Positions 23,345-33,700 of a stretch of DNA of 39,457 nucleotides are shown piece by piece. This stretch comes from Asterionella formosa (Eukaryota). Position numbers and translations under genes: made by a program. The stretch is from contig NKIB01014928.1 of NCBI GenBank assembly GCA_002256025.1, positions 1 through 39,457 on the forward strand, given 5' to 3'. The first letter of the stretch is position 1, and the number at the start of each line of letters is the position of its first letter. The notes under the pieces were generated by a model. The model made no database searches, was not told where the DNA came from, and worked only from the letters and a program-made list of their open reading frames with translations.

Positions 23345-24548
23345 ATGGCAGATGAAGAGATTGTCGTCGATCCTATGGAGACAGTGCCTCTCACAAGCGA
23401 TCAGGATTCGTCCCTTGATCCCCTGAACACGGGCTTCACTTGGTACAAGCCGGCGAAGACGCTTCAGAAGGGCCACAGGACTGGAGCGCACACCTGGACC
23501 ATCTCCGGCCATGATATGCAGATTCTTACCTCGACTGTTCCGGCTGGTGAAGAGATTGTTACCGAAGGTGCGTTAGCTATTCCGACAGTGCAATACGCGA
23601 GAACGCAACGTCAACCCTGATACTCGAGTTTTCAGTTTCTCACCCTTCTCCTCTGCAGTTGGATCCATGGTATTTATGCATCCGAACATGGAAACGAATG
23701 TTGAGTTAACCCTTTGCTCATCACTAGGTTGCTCGGAAGGTTGCAGGAGAATTTGTGGAGGTAAGAGGCTAGAAAGTATTCGAAAATGAATGCTGGTTGC
23801 GTTGCATAATTCTGACTTAGCTGTTATCAGGAGAAAGTTGTGTCAAGGTGATTTTGAAGAACCCTTCCAACCAGGAAGGATATGTTGGCTTGACCCCTAA
23901 TTACCCTGCAAAGGTTGTTCCTGTCAAGTTTGGTGTCAACGTGAAAAGCGGCTCCGCTTTGATCGCTCAAGGCGGATCCTACATGACTCATATCGGCGAC
24001 GTTGGTAAGTTCGTTTGGTTGCTGAATGTTTCCGTTTGCTTTGCGATCGAATTTCTAACTGCACAGTACACTTCTCCTGCCGACAGATGTTGGCTTTAGC
24101 TTCGACTGTAACTGTTTAAGGTGCTGCTGTGGTGGATTTGGTGTTTGCAGGCAGAAGCTCACGGGGTCTGACGACTCCATTGCTTTCTTGAGCGCTGGTG
24201 GTACTATTGTGTACAGGCAACTCAAGTCTGGAGAGACCGTCACAGTGGATAGTCAGTCTATCTTGGCTTACGACGAGACAGTTCAAATTGGACTTTCTCT
24301 TAATGGCAGGCTCTGTACCTGTTGCTGTGGAGGAGAAGGTATGTCATTTTCTGTCGCGATTTGCCATTTTTTACCATGCCAAAGCTAAGGTAACATCCAT
24401 TACTCCAGGTATTTTTTCGACAACTCTCACTGGACCTGGTCAGATCTGGATGCAATCTTCGAACTTTCAAAAGTTCACAGATGCAGTGCAGCAGACTGTT
24501 GTTGAAGATGACAAAATGGACAGGGGTGGAGCCAACGACAGTATTTAG
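23345..24548 (+). CDS. AIM24: AIM24 / DUF124 family protein, paralogue 3; exons 23345-23567, 23659-23760, 23831-24004, 24087-24338, 24409-24548 (~296 aa)
   Basis: Four GT-AG introns (91, 70, 82, 70 nt, all phase 1) give a continuous 891-nt frame. It reads WTISGHDMQIL..EVGSMVFM..RICGGESCVKV..YVGLTPNYPAKVVPV..RCCCGGFGVCRQKL..CCCGGEGIFSTTLTGPGQIWMQS. Confidence 0.9.
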
Positions 24549-24987
24549 GGCTTGTAAAAGTGCATGGCCCTCCTTCTTCTTTGTGTTGTGATAAGTTGAT
24601 CATAAAGTAAAGGTATATCAATAATAAGTGTAGAGCGTATTTTTATGAGCACCATGAATAGAATGATGTAATAGGTAATTGTCAAGGTGAATCGGGAAAG
24701 GGGCAATCTTCATGGTGTCACTAATGCGAAGGAATGAACCTTTTTGGCAATTATAAACAGCATATGATTTGCTTACGCAATGCCTTGATGCAGGAATCCA
24801 TGAAATCTTCAGAGAACAATAAAACTATTGTGCCCGTTTGTCTTCCTAAGTTTGTTATACCTGAAGTGAACATCAAGAAGACTTCAACCTCAGGGATATC
24901 AAAGAAATATGTGTACACATGTATATAATAGGGGTTCAGCACTGATCAAAAGTGAGAAATATAATAACGTACATGATGCTTTCAATT

Positions 24988-26259
24988 TTAATATTCGTCA
25001 TCGTCACAACTTCCAAACAGATTGCCAAAACACTCTGCTGCATCATTGTCAAGAACCATTCCCTTCACCGTCGCTTCTCGTTTTATCTTTTGCTCCACTT
25101 GAGGTGTCAATCGATGACGGATGTACCAACTCAGAGCTTCTTCCCCTTTTATGTGATTCTTCTGTTCATGAATCTCCATCAACTCCTCAAGAGCTTGATC
25201 AATGGCTTCAATGGCGTCGGCTTCCACGACACGGTCTCGGAAGGATGTGTAATCCTGCAAATCATCGTGAAGGAACCGATGCACGTGATTACGAATGCAC
25301 TTGAGTCCTGACCCTTGGCCTCCATGGTTGGGAGGATACTCCTTGGCAAGCGCAATATATTCTCGAGCCAAGTCCAACCTCCCAGGACCTACGCGTTTGT
25401 ATCCCACTGACTTGGTTTGCGATTCAGTAAACAAGGGTGGATACTCCAGAATAGCTTCCGAAGACATGACGCCGTCTGCACTAGTCACACGCAGACATTC
25501 CCGAACATCATCTAGATTGGAAATAGAACCATTGGCAATAATTGGAATTTTATGTCCCAGCAGATCAACGGCTTGTCGAATGGCGCTCCAATCTGCTTTG
25601 CCCGTCAAAAATTGCTTTTGGAGTCGGTTTCTACCATGAATGCACAGAAGGGATATTCCGCAATCGACCAATTGCTGGTACAGGATGAGAGAATCGGCAA
25701 CGCCAGTGGGCAGTAAGCGAACCTTGACTGAAATGGGTACGCCTCCTAATTCATTCACCATTCGTCGCACCAACGTGAGTAACTTGTCCGTTTCTTCCAG
25801 CAAGTATGCTCCGTAAAAGCCCTTTTTCGCAATGGCTTGAGGGCAACCACAGTTTAAATCAATTCCGTCCACGTGGTCCTTGACGTACGAAGCAGCTTCC
25901 AGGACCGTTGGTGGGTCGGATCCGCAAAATTGAGCAATGAGCGGTCGGTCTTCTTTTGGCATTTCTCCTAATGCCGTCCAAAATTTGGCTCTGTATGCTT
26001 CCGAAGTAACGAATAGTTTGGAATGAATCATGGGAGTGTAGCAGAGGTTTGCTCCGTACCTCCGACATTGCAGACGAAAGGGAAGATCTGATTGATCAAC
26101 CATGGGGGCCACAACGAGGGCTTTGGCTCGTAAGTCTGCGGGAGTTTTTGGATTGGGATGCTTTTCGAGGAGTTTGCGCAGCCACTCTCGGTCGACAGCT
26201 TTGGGGGATTCCTTAAGCACATTAGAGCCTTTGTCGACAGCAGCAATGTCGAGAGTCAT
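24988..26259 (-). CDS. DUS1: tRNA-dihydrouridine synthase, DUS1-like (D16/17)
   Basis: VVAPMVDQSDLPFR..CYTPMIHS, EDRPLIAQFCG, IDLNCGCPQAIAKKGFYGAYL, IHGR, ADWSAI..PIIANG and ADGVMSSEAILEYPPLF are the canonical Dus1 motifs. Confidence 0.93.
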   Translation of the reverse strand: MTLDIAAVDKGSNVLKESPKAVDREWLRKLLEKHPNPKTPADLRAKALVVAPMVDQSDLPFRLQCRRYGANLCYTPMIHSKLFVTSEAYRAKFWTALGEMPKEDRPLIAQFCGSDPPTVLEAASYVKDHVDGIDLNCGCPQAIAKKGFYGAYLLEETDKLLTLVRRMVNELGGVPISVKVRLLPTGVADSLILYQQLVDCGISLLCIHGRNRLQKQFLTGKADWSAIRQAVDLLGHKIPIIANGSISNLDDVRECLRVTSADGVMSSEAILEYPPLFTESQTKSVGYKRVGPGRLDLAREYIALAKEYPPNHGGQGSGLKCIRNHVHRFLHDDLQDYTSFRDRVVEADAIEAIDQALEELMEIHEQKNHIKGEEALSWYIRHRLTPQVEQKIKREATVKGMVLDNDAAECFGNLFGSCDDDEY

Positions 26260-26601
26260 TGCGGAATATGAAGCAATTATCTATTGTGTGTGGCCCCCTC
26301 TGGTCTATTCCGGCCGGTACCAGGTACCGGTACTGTTAATAGCTTAGTACGGAGTATCTCATACGCGCCGTATGCATATGTACCGACCGCACCAGTCTAA
26401 CTTGTTGTCGCATATGTACGTATGTAACGCTACATAATTTATGTAAACGAAAAGGACCGTGATGAAAAAAGCATGATCAATCTTCACACCACATGTCAAC
26501 ATCTCCACGATCATCATTGCCTATTTGTTGCAGTATCTGCCAGCCATTACTACATTCACTGTGCATTCTATTATCTACTTTCGCTTTAGAGAGACAGGAA
26601 C

Positions 26602-27108
26602 ATGGCGTCATTATTGATCGGTAGAATGAGTTTGCTGTCCCTTCAATCTCTCAAGCCGACGACCATTACTGGCGCTGTTGGTGTCAACCTGAGCTCAGCT
26701 TTGGACTCATCCATTGGGCAGATTCGCCACCGAAGCAATCGATCTCGCCGTGGACTGTACGACGGAAAAGACATTCGAGCGGGAAATCATGTTTCGTTTA
26801 GCCACAAAAAAACGCCAAGGAAGTTCAGGCCAAATGTTTTCATGAAGAGAGTTTATTCAGAGACTCTCGATGAAATGGTTCGGTTTCATTTGACCACTTC
26901 AGCTTTGCGATCAATTGATCATGCGGGAGGGTTGGACAATTATTTGTTGAAAAGCAAGCATGTAGTGGAAGGCGAAGGATTTAAAGTGAAGAAGCGCATT
27001 CTGCAGAGAAAGCGGTATTTGGCTTATCTCGAGCGCGAAAAGTCTGCTTCCGTAGGATCTCTCTCAATTATTGATGAGCAGGGCGAGGAGAGCAAGGAAA
27101 TTGGTTAA
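26602..27108 (+). CDS. MRPL28: Mitochondrial ribosomal protein bL28m (L28 family; yeast MrpL24-like)
   Basis: RSRRGLYDGKDIRAGNHVSFSHKKTPRKFRPNVFMKRVYSETL..TTSALRSIDHAGGLDNYLL is the L28 signature. The N-terminal ~40 aa are rich in Ser/Leu/Thr, like a mitochondrial presequence. Confidence 0.92.
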   Translation: MASLLIGRMSLLSLQSLKPTTITGAVGVNLSSALDSSIGQIRHRSNRSRRGLYDGKDIRAGNHVSFSHKKTPRKFRPNVFMKRVYSETLDEMVRFHLTTSALRSIDHAGGLDNYLLKSKHVVEGEGFKVKKRILQRKRYLAYLEREKSASVGSLSIIDEQGEESKEIG

Positions 27109-27756
27109 GTCAATACAAGTCGTCGTGGTTGCTTGAATCTAGCACAATAATCAATCAAGAAGCAATGTGCCGGCAGAACGCAAGAACAATGAATAATAAT
27201 CAGCAAGTTTGCATCAATAATAGGACGTTTCCATTTTGTTTTAACTGTTGCAGAAAATGTGGTGAGTATTTGCTGGCAAGTGAGGAACTACTATCATTAT
27301 TTATACGAGCCTGACCATCATTGTTACTGTGAAGAGGCCAGATAAATATCCAAAGTAACCTTAATTAAACTAACTGAGCTCTAGTACGAATTAATTAACT
27401 AATGTACCAGTAGCTCAGTATTGATCCATGCAAGTCTAACAGTGAATACTCATGAAAGGCAGCTAGGGACATTTTTTCTCGAGTTGGCCATTTGCTTGTA
27501 CAGAAGCGACGATGATGGATCAATCATGAAAAGAACAAAACCTGTACATACCTAAGAAGAAGAATCCGGTTATATTTAGGCACACAAAATAATATACACC
27601 GTGCGTATTTAAGGATATCTTGTTTATCATAGTGGTACATAATAAAATTACATAGTCTACCGTCAGTAGTTGCAAGCACTGGTCGAGTGGATAATGTTTT
27701 TGGAATATGACAGCAGACATCCTGACCTTTGAAATATAATCCCGACAGCTACCGGT

Positions 27757-30700
27757 ATGACATCGCAAAAGGCTCCGCACGTGCCTGGAACTCCTTCGCT
27801 TCGAGAGAAAATAGCAATACGGCTAGAGGAGAATGGCGATTCTGACGTTGATGGCTTGGATTGCGTCAGAACGCCTTCGGCACCCCTTCACAATACTTTT
27901 GACGACTTGGAGAAGCTTTGGTCGAGTCGAAAGTCAAGCATTAGAAAGGACAACGTAGAAGATTATCAAGGGATTTCTTCGTCGATAAAGAGTGAGCAGA
28001 CCCAATCAAAGCAGAAATCGAATCAAACCGCTCCGCGGACCGGGACATTGAGGAAGAAGAAGGTAGCCAGCTCAGTTGAAATCATTGGATCTCCAGATCT
28101 CATATTCCCGACCACACCGAAGGAACCCGCATTGACGCAGTCAATTCGAAGCAAGAATAGTTCCGTCTTCGATCGTCTGTATCAGAAAGGAAAGAGCAAG
28201 GTTGCTACTGCAAGACTTCGCGAGCTTGACACAAGTACATCGTCTCGTGTTCGAGGTTTGGCTTCACCGTCGGCATCATCGATCGGCGGAACGACAGTTT
28301 CGACGCTTTCATCAGCGGATTCCAATTTTGAAAGGCTTTTCAAGGGGGAAAAACGCAAGAATCGGTTTGCAGAGGAGCACCATGCTGCCTCGGCTGTATT
28401 AGAAAGACGCCTTTCCTACACGAATCCAGGAAACAAGAACCGAACAAGGCCAACGGCACCACGTACGTCAACTGCCACTGACGAACGATCAATTTCGACA
28501 GTCTCAACCACCACAAGCTCTGTCTTTGATCGTCTCTATACAAAGGATAAACGCCCAACACCATCGCTGACGGAGAACGCAAACTTTCGGAAATCAAGAA
28601 TCCAGAGTCCGCGGTCTAGGCACAAATCAAATAAATCAGCAAATAATTCTTTATCGGAGACACCAATAGTTCGAGGGAGTCGACGAAGAGAAAATCTTGG
28701 CCTGGATGGGGATAGTGTGATTGAGAGTGTTGCGGACTTCTCAGAAAGGTGGCACAACGACGAGGAATCCTTATTGCTAAATACTTCAGCCTTCAACGAT
28801 TACGAACTGATTCATCAATTCCATCTTTTGGCAACTGAAATCAGTTCAAAGCAAGAAAATACAGCAACTTTTGCTGACTTGGAGTACGAACTGTTTTCCG
28901 ACTTGAATCAATACACACCATGTCAAGTTTTTACCGCAAGTGAAAGCAACGAAAATGAGGAAGGGAAGCGGATCAATGAACAAAGGAAGGAAATGGACTT
29001 GCCGGAGGTTTCTATTTACTCGAAGATACGGTTAGGTGTATTAATTGGTGAATTCAATACGAACGCCGCAGCTATGGCAATTCAGAAGGTGTGGAAGGGG
29101 TATCGAGGTCGGACAGAATTGGTAAATATGTTGTTACTCTCGTGGCAGATTAGGCTCGATTACAATGCCTCGACAACGAGCAACCGAATTTCCCTGATGA
29201 GGATTCGTCTTCAAAGTCTAAGTAAAGCCGCCGAAGGTGTCGAATTAACGAAGCACATAGTCCTCCAACAAGTGGAGAAGTCTGCAATTCACTTGGAATG
29301 GAAAAGGCCAGTGTTGGTGCATTTTCAACGTCAAGAAATTCCAAGGTTGGAAAGCGTCGTTGTTGTTCTTACATGTGGTGCGTGTAGACCCCTTTTCATC
29401 AAGAACTGGAGTACATCAAATATGGCGAACCTTGTAGTTAAATTGTCGCTTCGACGGATATCGCAACTCGAACGAGATAGTTTGATGGCTTTTTCCGCTC
29501 TTTTGATTCAATGTCAAGCTCGAAAGATGTACGCCAAAAAAATCTCTGCCATTGCAAGGTGCCGATTTATTGACACCAAAATCTCATTTCAGCTGCAAGA
29601 TATTTCGTCAACAAGTCTCGCATGTTGTGCGGCGACGTCGATACAAAACTTATGGAGAAGTCATCGTGCACAGTTGGATACGTCAGCAGCTCTTTTGAGG
29701 TCATGGTCTATAGAATTTGGATTCAAGAGTTTTATCACGACCAACCGTATTCTCTTGGCGAAGGTTAAGATTTGCAGCCTCTCCAAAGCCCTCGGTAGGG
29801 TGGACTATTGGTGGATCACCGAACGGATAAAGATTGGCGAAAATGACATGGAATTCAATTGGCAGCGAGAAATTGGAGTTCATTTTAACGAGAAAGGATT
29901 TCCTCGCCTTGAAAGCTGTGAAATAAATTTGAAATGCTTGATTAGCCGATCAAGCTTTGCTGAGAAATGGGGACCGCGAAAGCTCGCCATTTTGGTTGTG
30001 AAAGCATCACTTGAACAAGTGTTGAGGCGAGATGTAGCACATTTAAGAGCATGCTCTGCAAGTAAGATTCAAAATTGGTTCAGGCGCTCAACTGCAAAAC
30101 TAGACAAGACATTGGATCATGAATTAACGTCGAGAATACCCAGGTATGCATTGAGTACGAACGGTCTGCGATCCATTGCTTCTCATTCATTGGAGCCGGT
30201 GAGGTACACCAGGCCACCTTGTAATCCACTCATATCTCATGAAGATTGCGAGTCAGCCACAATAACTATTCAGAGTCCTTCGAAATTGTTGCTTGTAAAC
30301 TTGCAAGTGGACTCCCATGTTGTCGCCGCAACAGTTATACAATCGATGTTTAGATATCATCTTGCTGGGGGACTCTTTCGGACGAAAAATAGTGCTGCCA
30401 ATCGAATGCGTAAGGTGTCGTTTGAAGTTAACCAGAAGCATGTGGAGAATCTGAGAAGGCGAAATATTGTTGTGGTTCAATCCCTTTGGCGAAGAAAAAC
30501 CGCCCTCTCTAATTTTACGAACGCTTCCAAGGCAATCATACTAATCCAGGTTCAAATCCGACGACGCCAATGTAAGATTCGCTTCGCTGTTGTTTCGAGT
30601 GGCATCGTGCTATTACAGAGTCAATATCGCGGAGTGTCGTGCAGAACCCAATTTCGCAAAAAGAAGAAGGCTCTCGCCACGTTTCAAAGTCTTTGGAGGG

Positions 30701-33700
30701 CTTTTTTGATTCGAAGGTCGTTCATAACCGCACGGGCCTATAGTGTAATGATTCAATCACACTGCCGCCGATATGTTATTTGCAGAGAGTACCAGATCGC
30801 CCGTGTTGGAGTTTTAAATATTCAATCACATTACCGAGGACACAGATCGAGAAAAGCGATATCCCAACGTGACACCAGCGTGTTGCTTATACAAAGGAAC
30901 TGGAGAGGACATCGAGATAGACTACATTACAAGGTCGTATTAACCAATCAAGCTGCAACTGTATTGCAGAAGGTCACAAGGAGAGCGCTCGTGCGAGCCG
31001 AGATTCACCGTTTTCATCGAGCTTCATTAAAAATACAATGCTTTTGGCGACGTTTTCAGATGTCGTCGACATTATCATTGAGAGTTTCGTCCGTTTTGAT
31101 CATCCAAGCTTGTACAAGAGGCTGGAAAACGAGAAGAGCATATGCTCTTGCGAGACGCGCCATCATATCATTTCAGTCCCAATTCCGATGCTCCAACGCT
31201 CGTCACCGACTGTTCTGTGTTCGAATGGCTGCAATCCAGATCCAGACTATCGTTAGAGCTTATCTCGACCGCCAAAAAATGGCTTTTACCCTGATGCTCG
31301 CAGGAAAAATTCAGAGAAGGTATAGATGTCACAGAGATGCCTCGAGGTTTGTAAAACTTCGTTTCGGGCTGGTATTGCTACAAGCTATGACTCGAGGAGC
31401 TCAATGGCGAGGCAAGTTGGCCCGACGTCGATATGTAGCTGAAACGGTGCAGCGACTTTGGCGAGGTTACAAAGAACGACTCAACCACATCGTCCTCATG
31501 AAGGTTTTGAAAATAGAAGAGGGAAATCGGGAAGCATCCAATAAGATTCAATCGTTGGTCAGGTCGCGACGCTTCCTACAATTTCAAACAAAACTCCAAA
31601 AATCTGCCAACAGAATTCAAAGCTTGTGGCGTATGAGAAATGTCCGACATGCCTTCTTGGTTTTAAAAATGTCTGCCACAATGATTCAATCGCAAGTTCG
31701 CAGACATCAAACGTGTACAATGCTAGCATCATCACGCCACACTGAATGTGCAGCCATCAGTATTCAGAAAGCATGGCGCAGTTGTACAGCACGACTCGAA
31801 TACAGAAAGTTTATCATTAGTTGCTTGCACCTTCAAGCGAGGTACAGAGGAGTATTGCTTCGGAGACAGCTTGTCGTCTTGCATCTTGGAGCTCAAGAAA
31901 TCCAAAGAGTGTGGCGAGGGCAGAAATGTAGACAAAATATGGAAACCTTACGTTTGCAGGAAGAATCAGCGTCGACCGTGATTCAGTCAGTAGTAAGGCG
32001 CCGATTCAGAAGGGATTTGTATCTCCGAAACTCAGCCGCATGTGCCATACAAACAAGGTGGCGTTCTTATCATGTTCATGATAGATTCCTTCTCCTTCAA
32101 CTTTGTGCCGTGAAGATACAAACGGAGTATCGTCGATATTGTGCTCGAAAAGCTTACACCAAATTGGCACTCGCAGTTGCTGTACTTCAATCTATAGGCC
32201 GCCGCTATGTGCATGGCACTATTTATCGTCGACGCATTGCGTTGCGCCATATGGCAGCTACGCGTATTCAATCACTTTGGAGGCTCTATCCCGGTAGGGC
32301 TTTGAATGACGCCACATCGCTTAGCCAGACGGAATGGCTAGATACCAAGTTGAAAGATGTCTCATCGAGATCACAGGCTCGTCTTTTTTTCAAATTATCT
32401 TGCCGCCAGAATGATCCAGGGTTTAGTCGGAAAAATGACCTTGGTAGGAGCTTTGTGGCTGCTGTACTCATTCAAGTTCAGTGGAGGCTATATCTGCAAA
32501 GGATGTCGACAACTCGTCCTAGACAGGAGCTTTTTATCCGAGGACTACAGGAACCGACGCGTTCGTGGACAGTTCCGGATGAGATTGATAACCATTGGGC
32601 AGCTGCTGACCGGACCGACCGGAAAGATTTTCAATCTTCGTTGTCTTCGAAGTCCTACTGTCAACTGCTTACAATCGCCTCCTCAGAGATTGCGGCAATT
32701 TCAATTCAATCTGCTTGCCGTCGATACTTGGCGAGGAAGGCTTACTTTCAGAAGTTTCGATTGATGCATTCAGCGGCGAGGAGAATTCAGGTTGGGTATC
32801 TTACTTGGCAAATGGAACTCATTTTGCTAAATGTGCAATCTTCTGTTGTCCTCTTGAGGCGTAGTGTTCGTGGCCAGCTTGTGAGATCTGCCACTCGTTT
32901 CGCTCTTGACAACTTGAATACATGTTTTAGAGCCAGCACTTCCACTTCCTTCGGTAGAATTGTTGCTGAATCTTGCCAAAACGAGGCATTGTGTTCATCT
33001 TGGACTCATGCTGTGGACATGGCCAGAGAGTCGGCATGTGTTGTGATCCAAAGTGCAGTGAGGAGAACGCTAGCACGAAATCGTAGCCGTTTTGTGTACC
33101 GACTCAACGACGGATCTATGTTGTCACCGATTATCACCTCGCTATTTTCATGGAGCAAACAAAGGTCACCTAAAGAGTTTCTACATCATGACGACACATG
33201 CCTGGAAGTTGCGATGCTCAAGCCAATCACTTCGCTACAAAGTTCGCCGCACGATATCACTGTCGTTATGACGACGACTAATGTGTCGTCGAGAATGATG
33301 CCCGAGGCCTGTGCCAACGTTTTGGCTGTTTTAAATGAATCAGAATGCCATGACGGTGCATCTGGGACCAAAATATCTGCTTCAACTCCTTCCAAGTGCA
33401 GCGATCGCATTGTTCTGGAACATGCCGCCACAAAGATCCAATCCACGTACAGAGGCTTCAGGAGTAGACGTCGTAGTTTTTCGTACTTGCCAGAAATCAT
33501 CAAGTTACAATCCTTCATTCGAACTCAGCTTTCTCACACAAAATTTCGCTCAGCGCAATTCAATGCTACGCAGATCCAAAGGTACTGGAAGGAATATCAG
33601 CGACGATTGTTTGCCAGGAAAATGCACGACGCAGCCATCACCATACAGTTAGTGGCAAGAGCCGTCGCCAGGAAACGAGATTTCGATACCCAGCGAGCTG

